A DNA stretch of 64,000 bases from positions 1,888,001 to 1,952,000 of the forward strand of contig OZ242195.1 in NCBI GenBank assembly GCA_965205975.1, written 5' to 3'. A program made the position numbers and the translations under genes. Positions 41,020-51,205 of this stretch are shown here, in pieces. The first letter of the stretch is position 1, and each line of letters opens with the position of its first letter. The DNA comes from Candidatus Latescibacterota bacterium (lineage in GTDB: Bacteria > Latescibacterota > UBA2968). The notes under the pieces are model-generated. The model had not been told where the DNA came from. It made no database searches and worked only from the letters and a program-made list of their open reading frames with translations.

Positions 41020-41117
41020 TGGCTTATCTCTCACCAATTAAGCGACATAAATGAGGGTGCATAACTCATAACTCACGAGCAGACCGTTTTGATTTGGCTC
41101 AGATTGGGATCTATATA

Positions 41118-41135
41118 ATGCAAAAAGTGTGCCAA
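41118..41135 (-). promoter_or_regulatory. sigma54 (-24/-12) promoter upstream of the LacI gene
   Basis: Minus strand TTGGCACACTTTTTGCAT matches TGGCAC-N5-TTGCW. Confidence 0.6.
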
Positions 41136-41330
41136 TGTGAGCATTGTTCCAAACACATACTCGCAAAGGGTTATTTTTTATCAGGAAAGAGAGTCATTCT
41201 GCCTATAAGACCGTTCCCAAAGAGTTCTGATTGGCTCTTACAAAGGGCGTAAAATGGTCCCAAAAGACTAAATATAGTCCCGAAACTATCACATCTTTAA
41301 ACCTTTTCTCGATACCTCGATTCCATTATA

Positions 41331-41371
41331 TCTAAAAAAGAGCGATATATCGTCCCGGGACAATATATCGC
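41331..41371 (-). terminator. 30-bp near-perfect palindrome with a downstream T-tract (terminator and/or operator)
   Basis: GCGATATATCGTCCCGGGACAATATATCGC (41342-41371); followed by TCTTTTTT on the minus strand. Confidence 0.55.
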
Positions 41372-41463
41372 CCCCAATAGGAAATAACAAGTCCTATTTT
41401 TCTCAAATCGCTCTGCTTGACAACGCCTGCTTTTCATAGGTAGCCATCTCCCAACCTTTTTGG

Positions 41464-42214
41464 TCATCGCAATTGCTTCAACAAGCCCAAAGCCGCATCG
41501 ACAATCTGCTCGCCACACCCCGGTGCAAAAACGCTCGCCTCCGGCTCATAGCCCCCTTCTTCATAAGACTGCCTCGTCGGCAAATAACCCACCGAATCAT
41601 TGGCTAACTCGATCACTATAGTCTGCGAAAACGGAGATCGAGCTTTCAAATCCAACCCCAATTCCACCAGCAACTCCCCCGGCACAGCCGCAATCCCCAG
41701 ATCCCCAATGCGAAGTGCCTGCACCCATGTCCGCACCCGATCCGGCACATCGGCCATGCGCCTGGTTATTCGACGCACAAAAGCGCGCTCGGCCATCGTG
41801 GGACGCTCCATATCTCCAATCTCCCTCACCCGCGCCATATCAGCCTCAGAAGGTGCTGACTTGCGCGCCAGCACCACCTCTTGCATCGGCGATCCGATCG
41901 ATCAAAAACGCCGTATAAGCATCATCGCCCGTGACAGCCCCCGTGTGCGTATGCGTGCAACAAATCAAAACCCGTTCCGCACTCAATTCCGTCTCCACAG
42001 CGATCCGTTCCTTCGCGCGGTCCAGATAGTCCCGCTTCACCCCGAGCAAATCGCACACCACAATCGCCACACCTTCTCCCTCTCGTTCCACCACAAAACT
42101 GCGCACATGCAATGGATCGCGCACCTTCTCGGCGAACCGATCCTCAAACGATCCCGGAATCATCGTACCCAGCGGCGGCGTAATATCCAGACAGGCAACC
42201 CCTGCAGTAATCAT
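41464..42214 (-). pseudogene. Neutral/alkaline ceramidase-like hydrolase with an internal deletion and frameshift
   Basis: N-terminal part ('DITPP', 'DPLHVR', 'THTHTG') joined out of frame at about 41885 to the C-terminal part ('VQALRIGD..PGEL', 'LANDSVGYLP..GGYE'); the central region is absent. Confidence 0.7.
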
Positions 42215-42237
42215 AGGACACTCCTTATAGGGGTCAT

Positions 42238-43095
42238 TCAACCCAATCCAAACTGCCGCTTCAAAAACTCAACCGTCTCTCTGTAAAACCGCGCCTGAAT
42301 CGCCCCTTGATCCTCCTCTGGTACATCCTCCCGCATCCGCACCACGCATTCCACGCCCAGCGCATCCATCTTCTCCTTCAGCACCTGTCCGAATATCGGA
42401 TGGTGGATTCCCTGTCCCGCATCCGGCTCGGGGTCCATCGGCAAATTTGGCGTGGTGTACCACAACATCACGGGCGGCGCGTCTTTAGACACATAATTGA
42501 TCGCCGAAGCTGCTTTAAACATCGCTCGGGCCTCTGGCTTGTCGAATTCTTCGGGCGAAAATCCAAAAAATAATTGTAGCGCCTCGTGTGCACACGCCGG
42601 CCCCGAAATAATCGTACGAATAAAATGCGGATCGTAAGAACACTGCCCCTGCCACGACGCCACGCACGTCAGCCGCGTGGATTGTCGGGCCACCGGATCT
42701 TCGCTTTCCGGCTCTGCTTCTTCCCCGCGAAACCCGATCCACATCGAAATCCCGGCTCCAGCAGATCCACCTCCAGCCGCCACCCGGGAAGCGTCCAGGT
42801 TCCACTCCTCTGACTTCCACCGAATAAACTGAATTGCCCGCTGGCTGTGCTCCATCGCCGCCGGATACCGATCCGTTCCCGAAAGCGGATAATTGATCGC
42901 CGCCACAGAAATACCCGCTTCCAGACAGCCTTTGAGCAACACCTGCGAAATCCCTGCTTTGTCTCCACCCCGAAATCCACCGCCGTGAATATACACATAT
43001 ACTGGTGTCAGACCCTCCGAATCCGCCTGATACAGATCCACCACATCCCGCTCGTGATCTCCATACGCCACATCTTGAAAAGTCGGTTCGCCCAT
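42238..43095 (-). CDS. Alpha/beta hydrolase (esterase/lipase)
   Basis: 'HGGGF', nucleophile elbow 'GGSAGA'. Confidence 0.88.
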   Translation of the reverse strand: MGEPTFQDVAYGDHERDVVDLYQADSEGLTPVYVYIHGGGFRGGDKAGISQVLLKGCLEAGISVAAINYPLSGTDRYPAAMEHSQRAIQFIRWKSEEWNLDASRVAAGGGSAGAGISMWIGFRGEEAEPESEDPVARQSTRLTCVASWQGQCSYDPHFIRTIISGPACAHEALQLFFGFSPEEFDKPEARAMFKAASAINYVSKDAPPVMLWYTTPNLPMDPEPDAGQGIHHPIFGQVLKEKMDALGVECVVRMREDVPEEDQGAIQARFYRETVEFLKRQFGLG

Positions 43096-43134
43096 TTTTT
43101 CCCCTTGAAAATCTCAGTTATACATCCTCGAAAC

Positions 43135-45405
43135 CTACCTATTAACCCATATTGGACTCGACCATGCAAAATCGCCCTGTGCTACCTGCAAATTTCCACA
43201 GCGTCCACCCATCGGCACCCTGCGAAGTGGCTTTAGTCTAACCTCTAAATAATAAAAATGTTCTCCAACACCTGGCTCGTCCTCAAACCTCAAAACGGCC
43301 TGTTGTTTTCCGACCCATTGCTCCTGTACCTGCTCTCCATCCCTGAACAGCGCGATCTCCTGCACCATTCGGGATGCCTGCACCCTGCAGATTAAGTGTA
43401 CCTGTCCAGCCACCCGCACCTCCGATCCCATGGGCATTCCGTTCACCCGGACATCCATCATAACACGAGCACCGTTGGTGGCAAAACACCGCCGTGCCCA
43501 CAGAGCTTCAAATAGTGCCTCTCGGGTCAACGCCTCTGCCCACACACCCGTCAGAGCACCCCCCATCCCGGGCACAATCCGATGGGAATCGCTATTCCCC
43601 ATAAACGCCAGGCGATAGCCCTGCCGCAGTGCCTCTGGAATCGTATCCCGCATCTGAATGTAAATATCCCAACACGAACACAGTTCCACACCCCCGAGCC
43701 GACTGCTCGGAATCACCCACCAGGTGGGATGGTGCGGAAATGTGAAAGCCCGCGTCTCTACCATCGCTGCCACCCACTTCTCCAGTGTATCCGCATCGGA
43801 CTCAGTAAAATGATATAGCGGCACTGCCCCATCCGGAAATAGCATAATCCGATGATTCGGTCCACTCTCTGATTCCTTGCGGTAGGTGCGCTCATAGGCG
43901 GGGACAGCCACAAATCGTCCCGGATCATTAAAGTGATCGGCCTCCGCCAGAATCAGCTCGAGCTCAGATGGCGTGAGAATATTATCGTAAAGCGCATCAT
44001 TATCCGTCACCGCCATAAAATCCAGCCGTGCTTTGTAGCGCCCATACGCGTAATTCTCGTCGATCTCACCCTCCGCATCGCCCGATAGATTGCCGTGACA
44101 GTGGAGATCCCCCCAGTAAAGCTTATAGGTCTTTCCCCCCACCTCTATTTCGGGCCGCTGATCAAACACAGGCGGTTCCGGCAGTCGGACCGGTCGCCAC
44201 GACCGCCACGCCGAAGCCGGGCGTTCCTCCACAGACCGCGCCCGATCCAGCGGCAAACTCCCGGCACAGATATCCGCATAATATCGCCCCTCGGAAATCT
44301 GGGCGGCAAACGGCAACCTCCCATCCACCACCGGTAAATCTCCATTCACCGTATAGGCGTGTACCTGCCCATCTACCTCGCAGGACCGCCCCTGATTTCT
44401 CCCGGTCAGGGGCCGGGCATAAAACAGCGCATCCGGACCGTGCCGGTTGACCAACTCGTCCTCTTTGCGCTCATAAAGAACCCAAACATCCCCATCTGTT
44501 TCCCGCACAATCTGCGGCCGTCGCCGCCACCCCACAAACCCCATATAATGCTCGCGCCCCAGCAATCCATCGTAGAGATGCGCCACATACCCTTCGGGCA
44601 TAGTGCGACCCGGACCTCTATAAGGTGTCCAGGACCGGCCGTCAAAATGCGAAGCCATCGCCTCTACTTTGTGGTCCACAAATCCTTTGGGATGGATCAC
44701 ATCGCGCGTGACCGCCCACGTCGCCCAGACCCCGCCCGAACCATCGGGACACAACCTCGGAAACAACTCCCAGTCATCTGTAAGCGAGAACTTCTCCGGT
44801 CGCCCCACCCCATCCGGCGTCCACTTTCTCAAAAACAGATCACAGGCCCCATTTTGGAGCGTCTGGTAAGCCACCCAGGCACCCCCGGCATGACCACACA
44901 GCACGGGCCGATAGTGATCTCCCCCACCCAGCGACAGATCCACGACCTCAGCCCAGCGATCTCCATCCAGACATCGCCCAAACACCCGACGCCTTCTACC
45001 CACCAGCGCTGTCCAAACCACCCATATCCTGCCCTCACCATCTGAAGTCACATTTGGGAAAGCCAGACTCGCATCCGCCTCAGCCAATCGCACCACCTCG
45101 CCCATTTCGTCTGCCGATCGGGCCAGCACGCACCATCGTCCCTCCCGCACAGCGCACCACACCACCCACACCGCATCGCCTCCACACGCAATTCGCGGCT
45201 GAAAATTGATCCCTGCCTCTTCACTCACCGATAGCAGAGGACCTCGCCGCTGGCCCTTAAAAGACCGCACCAGAATCCGGTCTTCTTTGGGTCTGTACCC
45301 GTGCCATGCCACCCAGAACCGTCCAGATTCATCTACAGTCAGCGCCGGGTCTTTATCCACATGCCCGCGGCGATGTTCTGACAATCGAATTTGCAAACGC
45401 TCCAT
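43135..45405 (-). CDS. Beta-propeller + PHP-like (DUF3604) metallohydrolase
   Basis: 'YWGDLHCH', 'DFMAVTD', 'PHHP', 'GNSDSH', 'AWSSPIWV'. Confidence 0.7.
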   Translation of the reverse strand: MERLQIRLSEHRRGHVDKDPALTVDESGRFWVAWHGYRPKEDRILVRSFKGQRRGPLLSVSEEAGINFQPRIACGGDAVWVVWCAVREGRWCVLARSADEMGEVVRLAEADASLAFPNVTSDGEGRIWVVWTALVGRRRRVFGRCLDGDRWAEVVDLSLGGGDHYRPVLCGHAGGAWVAYQTLQNGACDLFLRKWTPDGVGRPEKFSLTDDWELFPRLCPDGSGGVWATWAVTRDVIHPKGFVDHKVEAMASHFDGRSWTPYRGPGRTMPEGYVAHLYDGLLGREHYMGFVGWRRRPQIVRETDGDVWVLYERKEDELVNRHGPDALFYARPLTGRNQGRSCEVDGQVHAYTVNGDLPVVDGRLPFAAQISEGRYYADICAGSLPLDRARSVEERPASAWRSWRPVRLPEPPVFDQRPEIEVGGKTYKLYWGDLHCHGNLSGDAEGEIDENYAYGRYKARLDFMAVTDNDALYDNILTPSELELILAEADHFNDPGRFVAVPAYERTYRKESESGPNHRIMLFPDGAVPLYHFTESDADTLEKWVAAMVETRAFTFPHHPTWWVIPSSRLGGVELCSCWDIYIQMRDTIPEALRQGYRLAFMGNSDSHRIVPGMGGALTGVWAEALTREALFEALWARRCFATNGARVMMDVRVNGMPMGSEVRVAGQVHLICRVQASRMVQEIALFRDGEQVQEQWVGKQQAVLRFEDEPGVGEHFYYLEVRLKPLRRVPMGGRCGNLQVAQGDFAWSSPIWVNR

Positions 45406-45524
45406 ACTCCGATCCCCTCGGAATCATCCTGTGCGTCACAAGATAACTTTTATTTTAGAGAATAATTGGTATATTCTTCACAAGAACTCTGATACAACCC
45501 GTGCATTTCCCCGGAGAACCGACA

Positions 45525-46775
45525 GTGACAACAAACACCATTCGCGTGGGCATCATCGGAACTGGCAGCCGTGGCATCAACTGTATTGGCCATCAAATTG
45601 CCGAACAAGCCAGCGACCTGGACATCACAATCACCGCCTTCTGCAACCGAACAGAAAGCCGAATGCACATCGCCCTTGAAGATGTGAACAGGATCGCGAC
45701 AGCAGCGGGCAACAGAACTTTTTCACCCACATTCTACAGCGACCCAATAGACCTGATCTCCGACGACAAGGTAGATCTAATTGTCATCACCACACCCACG
45801 GCAGCCCATCGCGAAGCGGCAATACCCGCACTGCGCTCGGGCAAAAAGGTCTATCTGGACAAGCCCATCGCACATACGCTTGAAGATGCCGTAGCCATCT
45901 ACAAAGAAGAGCACAAAACAAATAATCCGATGATCATGGGCTTTACCCGGCGCTATGAACAGCCCTGGACCGAACTCTACAACTTGCTGAAAAGCGGCGT
46001 CATCGGCGACCTCAAAATGATGCTCATTCGCGCCGTAATTCCCTACACGCATTATTTTATGACCTGGCATCGCACGCGGGCCTTAAGCGGCGGTGCGCTC
46101 AATGACAAGGCATCGCACTACACGGACGTATTCAACTGGTTTGCGGGCGGCCACTGTCTCCAGGTCAACGCCTTTGGGGGGCGCAACCTCTTTGAAGTAC
46201 GCGAAGACGCGCCCAAATTTTGTGCTGTCTGCGACGACTGGACCTGTCCTTATCGAGCGGAATTGGTCGAAACGGGTACACAGGATCAGACCCGAGGCGC
46301 GATTGACCAGACCTTCGCCCAGGAAACCGATCCCACGCGCCGAAAAGACAACTGCGTATATAAACCCGGCGCAGACATTTTCGACCACGCATCCATCCAC
46401 TTCCAGTACGACAACGGAATCGTCGCCTCCATCTTCTACGCCATTTACGGTCCCAAAGCCGAAGATGAAGAAACCTTTGAACTGGTCGGCACAAAAGGCC
46501 GAATGATCCTGACCCGCTTGAAGGGCGAAATCGACCTGGTAACGGACTACGGGGAACGCAGAGAAGAAATCATACAATGCAAAGCCGAAGCCTTTGAAAC
46601 CTCTCACTTTGGCGCAGACCGCAAGTTGGTGCAGGAAATTGCCAAATTTACCCGCGGCGGTCCATCCCCAGTAGATGGCCGATACGGCATGGAAGCCACT
46701 CGAATGATCCTGTCTGCAATGCAATCCATCGACCAGGGCGGCGAAACCATTCGCCTCACCAACGGACCAACCTGA
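45525..46775 (+). CDS. Gfo/Idh/MocA family oxidoreductase
   Basis: 'GIIGTGSRG', 'LDKPIA', 'GFTRRY', 'SGGALNDKASH'. Confidence 0.88.
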   Translation: MTTNTIRVGIIGTGSRGINCIGHQIAEQASDLDITITAFCNRTESRMHIALEDVNRIATAAGNRTFSPTFYSDPIDLISDDKVDLIVITTPTAAHREAAIPALRSGKKVYLDKPIAHTLEDAVAIYKEEHKTNNPMIMGFTRRYEQPWTELYNLLKSGVIGDLKMMLIRAVIPYTHYFMTWHRTRALSGGALNDKASHYTDVFNWFAGGHCLQVNAFGGRNLFEVREDAPKFCAVCDDWTCPYRAELVETGTQDQTRGAIDQTFAQETDPTRRKDNCVYKPGADIFDHASIHFQYDNGIVASIFYAIYGPKAEDEETFELVGTKGRMILTRLKGEIDLVTDYGERREEIIQCKAEAFETSHFGADRKLVQEIAKFTRGGPSPVDGRYGMEATRMILSAMQSIDQGGETIRLTNGPT

Positions 46776-46793
46776 GATATATAAGGAGGAAAA

Positions 46794-47612
46794 ATGACAC
46801 CAATACCCATGACCGACGAGCAAAAATTCTTCTTCGACCTTCGTGGCTGGATCCTGCTACCTTCTGTGCTATCAGCAGCCGAAATAGAAGAGATGAAAGC
46901 TGAAGTGTATGCCGGTGCCAGACGGAGTTATGAGGGCGCGCTTCAGAACCTGCTGGACCACCCGGCAATCGTGGGCATTCTAAACGAAATCCTATCCGAA
47001 GCCCCCTTTGTGAGAGACGACTGCTACGGCTTCCGCTGCGAAGGCTCCTTCACCACCGTGCGGCCTCCCGGATGGAACAAATCAGAACGGAGAGACAACG
47101 GCCTGCCTCACGTCGTGCGCCCTCCCCAACAAGCCAACGCCATGCGCTATCAAGTCGCGGGAAATAAAATTTTTGCCGGGCTGACCCGGGTCGTGTGGGA
47201 ACTCGAAGAAGTGGTGTCAGGACAGGGCGGCACCTCTTTTCTCAGCGGGTCTCACAAAGCCCACTTCAATTACGGCGGGCCGGATCGGTTTCGACCAAAT
47301 ATCGGCGGCTCCCCCTATGAATCCAGCATGAGAGATGCAATGGAAGATTATAGCTGCCCCGCAGGCTCGGTGGTTATCTTCACAGAAAGCCTGATCCACG
47401 CGGCCAACGACTGGATCAATCCGAATAACCCGAGATGCGCGGTCTTCAACTGCTACAACTCCATCTGGGCACAATGGCACCGCCTCAATCTCGACCACGA
47501 AACAATCGAAGCCATGCCCCCAAAGCGGCGAACGCTCTTCCGCGGCACCTGGGCAATTGGCGGCGGCCCAAATGGCAACCGCGAGTACTCGCTGGATAAT
47601 AGAACCGTCTAA
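46794..47612 (+). CDS. PhyH-like dioxygenase-fold protein
   Basis: 'FFFDLRGW', 'GGTSFLSGSHK', 'AGSVVIFTESLIH'. Confidence 0.7.
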   Translation: MTPIPMTDEQKFFFDLRGWILLPSVLSAAEIEEMKAEVYAGARRSYEGALQNLLDHPAIVGILNEILSEAPFVRDDCYGFRCEGSFTTVRPPGWNKSERRDNGLPHVVRPPQQANAMRYQVAGNKIFAGLTRVVWELEEVVSGQGGTSFLSGSHKAHFNYGGPDRFRPNIGGSPYESSMRDAMEDYSCPAGSVVIFTESLIHAANDWINPNNPRCAVFNCYNSIWAQWHRLNLDHETIEAMPPKRRTLFRGTWAIGGGPNGNREYSLDNRTV

Positions 47613-47682
47613 ATACTGCTTATACTATATATGTTGCCGAGTAAAAAGCAATCAAATCCAGAATCGGGAAACGTGACAAAAT

Positions 47683-48588
47683 ATGACCACACGAACGCGA
47701 AAATCACCCGATGAAATCAAAAACCTCCTGGAAGGACCAGTCACATCAATACCAACACCTTTTCTATCAAATGGAGACATCGACTGGGATGGCATAGGCA
47801 ACATCATCGAAATCGGCATTAGAGGAGGCAGCGGCGTCATCTTGCTGACAGCGGGCGACAGCCAGTACTTCTGTCTCAGCGAAGACGAAATTGCACAACT
47901 CACACAATTTACCATCGAGCGCACTGCTGGCCGCGCCCTCACCATCGCCGCGACCGGGGCATGGCCCACCCGGCAAGCAGAAGCATTCGCCCACAGGTGT
48001 GTCGAATGGGGCGCAGATGCGCTCATGTCCGTCACCACATTCCACGGCTCAGACCCCGAAGGCGTGGCCGCCCACAATGCCGCAATCGGCAAAATCATCC
48101 CGGTGATGCTCGTCGGCTATCCCTCGCACCGCGCACTGGATATGCTCATAGACGAACCCGGCATCTGCTGCTTCAAAGAAGACGGCGACACGGCCTATGC
48201 CGTAGAAACCCTGCAAAAATACGGCCACCACTGGAAAATCATGACCGGAGGCACCCTGTGGCGTCACCTCCTCGAATGGCCTTTTGGCTGCACCACCTTC
48301 ATGGACTGGTCCACCTCATTCGCCCCCCACATCGGCTCGGAATTTCACCAGGCTCTCTGCCGCAATGACATAGCCGAAGCACGGCGGATCACCGTCGAAA
48401 TCGAACGCCCGCTCTGGGATCTACAGCCCAATTTCCGGGGCGGATGGCAAACCATGTGGCGCGCCATCCTGGAACTCTACGGCGTCTCCGCCCGATATCT
48501 CAGATTCCCCCAACTCTCTGCTACGGAAGAAGATATGGAATTTCTCCTTACGTCTCTGGATCAGATCGGCCTGCTCCCGAATGGCTAA
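47683..48588 (+). CDS. Dihydrodipicolinate synthase (class I aldolase) family protein
   Basis: 'IPTPF..NGDID', 'LSEDE', candidate Schiff-base Lys in 'FKED'. Confidence 0.75.
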   Translation: MTTRTRKSPDEIKNLLEGPVTSIPTPFLSNGDIDWDGIGNIIEIGIRGGSGVILLTAGDSQYFCLSEDEIAQLTQFTIERTAGRALTIAATGAWPTRQAEAFAHRCVEWGADALMSVTTFHGSDPEGVAAHNAAIGKIIPVMLVGYPSHRALDMLIDEPGICCFKEDGDTAYAVETLQKYGHHWKIMTGGTLWRHLLEWPFGCTTFMDWSTSFAPHIGSEFHQALCRNDIAEARRITVEIERPLWDLQPNFRGGWQTMWRAILELYGVSARYLRFPQLSATEEDMEFLLTSLDQIGLLPNG

Positions 48589-48603
48589 AATGTGAAGCCT
48601 ACA

Positions 48604-48635
48604 CAAAACCGGGACTTGCGGTAAGCCCCGGTTTA
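48604..48635. repeat. REP/terminator-like palindrome, family B copy 1
   Basis: CAAAACCGGGAC..GTAAGCCCCGGTTTA between convergent genes. Confidence 0.65.
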
Positions 48636-48653
48636 GATACCTTGCAAAACTAT

Positions 48654-49271
48654 CTATAACCCCTGCAACTCAATCTCTCCAACGGCAATGCGCTGCAACG
48701 TCCGGACGTAAAGCCTGTGTTCCTGTTGCAGCACCCGGGCCGATAGGGTCTCGACCGAATCCCCAGGCTCAACCGGCACCTGGACCTGGTCCAAAATCTG
48801 ACCGTGGTCGTATTCTTCGTCAACCAGATGCACCGTAGCCCCGGTCTCGCGTTCACCCGCGGCCAACACCGCCCGATGCACGACCTCCCCGTAAAAACCC
48901 TGACCGCCAAACTTCGGCAACAGGGATGGATGGATATTGAGAACGCGCCCCCTGTACGCGGCCAAAGTCCGAGGTCCCAACCGTTTCATGTACCCGGCCA
49001 GGCAGACCACCTCGACCTCATATTCCTGCAAAATCGCCAGAATAGCCCCGTCCAGAGCACCGGGCTTGGGGTGGGTATAAGTACTCAAATGCACGGCTGG
49101 CACGCCCATCTTTCTCGCCCGGTGTAGAGCACCGGAATCCGAGTTATTGCTGATAACCACCCGGGGCCTGGCCTGCAATCGTCCTGTTTTGCAGGCGTCG
49201 AGAATAGCCTGCAAATTGGTACCTCTATGCGAAGCCAGAAAGCCCAGTTGCAAGACCCTTCTACTCAGCAT
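48654..49271 (-). CDS. purN: Phosphoribosylglycinamide formyltransferase
   Basis: 'ASHRGTNLQAIL', 'LAGYMK', 'LNIHPSLLPKFGG', 'GATVHLV..EYDHG', 'EH'. Confidence 0.95.
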   Translation of the reverse strand: MLSRRVLQLGFLASHRGTNLQAILDACKTGRLQARPRVVISNNSDSGALHRARKMGVPAVHLSTYTHPKPGALDGAILAILQEYEVEVVCLAGYMKRLGPRTLAAYRGRVLNIHPSLLPKFGGQGFYGEVVHRAVLAAGERETGATVHLVDEEYDHGQILDQVQVPVEPGDSVETLSARVLQQEHRLYVRTLQRIAVGEIELQGL

Positions 49272-49285
49272 TTTCCCGTTTCTCC

Positions 49286-49995
49286 TTAATCCACCTTCTC
49301 CCCCGGCTTGCGATAAGACGCAGCATAACGGTCGCCCTCTGGATCGTACGACACATGCACCTGTCCATCCCGCACGACCAACCTGGGCACCGTGCGATCC
49401 CGTCCATCGCGTTCGGGACCGCGCATAACCGCAAACTGTTCCTCAGTCATATCTTCGACCATATCGCCCCAGCGCTCCTGAGGATCAATCACACCACCGC
49501 CCCAGTTGGAATTTTTGGACTGATATTTAATCAGCACCCCCCGCCTGGGAATCGGATTCTTCCACGCCAGCGCGCCGTGTGTACACCCGCCATCCATAAA
49601 AAATAACACGTCTCCCGCTTTCATCGCTGGCTGCACGACCGGCGGCCATTTTGAATAAAATACGCCCGGGACGGATTCCGGGGTTCATCCCCACCAACCA
49701 GGTCCTGCCCGATCTCCCCCTCCCGGCTACCCAGCAACCGGGGTGCCTGATCCAGCCGGAATCCATGCCCAATAATCTGGTTCAAATACCACACCAGTTG
49801 CGGATGCACCAGCAAATCTCGAAACAGATCTCGCTGGGGTGCCTCTCCCCCCAGCATGCCTTCAGATTCACCCGCCTCGTCCAGCGCTCTGTTCAAAGCC
49901 TCGACTTCCCCGCGACTCAACACCCCTGGAACATGCAAATATCCGGCGACATCAAACGCATAATTCTCTTCATTGCTCATCTCTTCCCGGTCCAT
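49286..49995 (-). pseudogene. PhyH-family gene with an internal deletion and frameshift
   Basis: N-part ('YAFDVAGYL..FRDLLVHP') joined out of frame at about 49640 to the C-part ('QPAMKAGDVLFF..THG..W..RR'); the GG..PGSH core is missing. Confidence 0.65.
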
Positions 49996-50100
49996 CTCTG
50001 ACCTCCTGTTGGAAGATTGGGGTTTATCTCTGCATTGTCAAAATATTGTACGCCAACTTTTTGCTCAATCCAACAAAAAAGTTTTGAAGTTCCGAAAACG

Positions 50101-50140
50101 CAAAACCGGGACCAGCAGCACAGCCGTAAGCCCCGGTTTA
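50101..50140. repeat. REP/terminator-like palindrome, family B copy 2
   Basis: CAAAACCGGGAC..GTAAGCCCCGGTTTA just after the sterol desaturase stop. Confidence 0.65.
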
Positions 50141-50164
50141 AACACCCTGTATTTCCCCCAAATA

Positions 50165-51172
50165 TTAAATCTGATGCACCGCCTTGCGCTTCGCCCGCAT
50201 ACTGGCGTGTGATTCTGGCGACCCATCGTGAAACGTGCCAAACCAGTAATCAAACGGAAAATCATTCTCCCCGTAATTGCACTCAAAATAGCGGTGATGC
50301 AACTGGTGAAAAAACGATGCTGCGGGCATTCTATCACTGCTTCCCACCTCAATTTTATCAAACCCTACATGCCCCTGCGCCGGTGTAAACGCCGCATGTT
50401 GTGCATTCATCAACATGTGAATCGGATGGGATGGCACCACCCAGTGAATCAGAATACAGCTAAAATACAACAAATGCTCAATCGGGTGCATAGCCAGCCC
50501 GGACCACGGCCCGATATTGATATTCTTGTGATGCAAATAGTGCGCGGACTTGTACAGGGGCTTCCAATGCGTCAGGCGATGAACCCAATAAAAATGGAAC
50601 AGCCGCCAGAACTGAATACCGCACAGCAACGCAACAAAGTAGATCGGTTCTGTGCGCCAATCGACATAGGGAATTATCTCATTCGCAAATGCCCACATAG
50701 AAACCACTTCATAAGCCGTCCAGATCGTCCCCCCACTCACACAACTCCAGAAAATATTATCGCGCAATTGATTGCCCCACAAAAACTTGCGATTTGATGT
50801 GGCGAGCCATTTCGACGTGTATTTATACCGCGTACCCTGCGCCTTGAACCTGTAGAAATACACATGCCACGCGCCCGCGATAACGATTAGCATCGCAATA
50901 TTCCGTACATACATCTCGGCAATCCAATCCACGCGAAACGCCGCACAGCGTTCGAGCGCGGGTTGTAAATAAAGCCATGTGCCAATGGCGATAAGCATAT
51001 AAATTGCGTTCCAGGGCCACAAATAGCCCGGAAAACCAAACATCCACTTCAGTGCCTCAACAGGGCGCGGAGGCCATGCAAAAATCGGCGCAGGCGCCGG
51101 GCGTTTTGCGGGCTGCCACTCACCACTTTCATCTCGAGCAACGCCATCTACGACTTCCCTGGTATCAGCCAT
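50165..51172 (-). CDS. Sterol desaturase / fatty acid hydroxylase family protein
   Basis: His boxes HRLTH, HYLHH, HQLHH; 'HPIE', 'NYG'. Confidence 0.9.
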   Translation of the reverse strand: MADTREVVDGVARDESGEWQPAKRPAPAPIFAWPPRPVEALKWMFGFPGYLWPWNAIYMLIAIGTWLYLQPALERCAAFRVDWIAEMYVRNIAMLIVIAGAWHVYFYRFKAQGTRYKYTSKWLATSNRKFLWGNQLRDNIFWSCVSGGTIWTAYEVVSMWAFANEIIPYVDWRTEPIYFVALLCGIQFWRLFHFYWVHRLTHWKPLYKSAHYLHHKNINIGPWSGLAMHPIEHLLYFSCILIHWVVPSHPIHMLMNAQHAAFTPAQGHVGFDKIEVGSSDRMPAASFFHQLHHRYFECNYGENDFPFDYWFGTFHDGSPESHASMRAKRKAVHQI

Positions 51173-51205
51173 AGTGTACTCTCCTCAAATGGTTGAGACT
51201 ACGTA

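Noticed and set aside
41417..41445. Rightward TTGACA promoter
   Set aside because: No credible -10 box and no sense gene downstream.
47683..48588. dapA
   Set aside because: Lacks the GTTGE motif; a catabolic family member is more likely.
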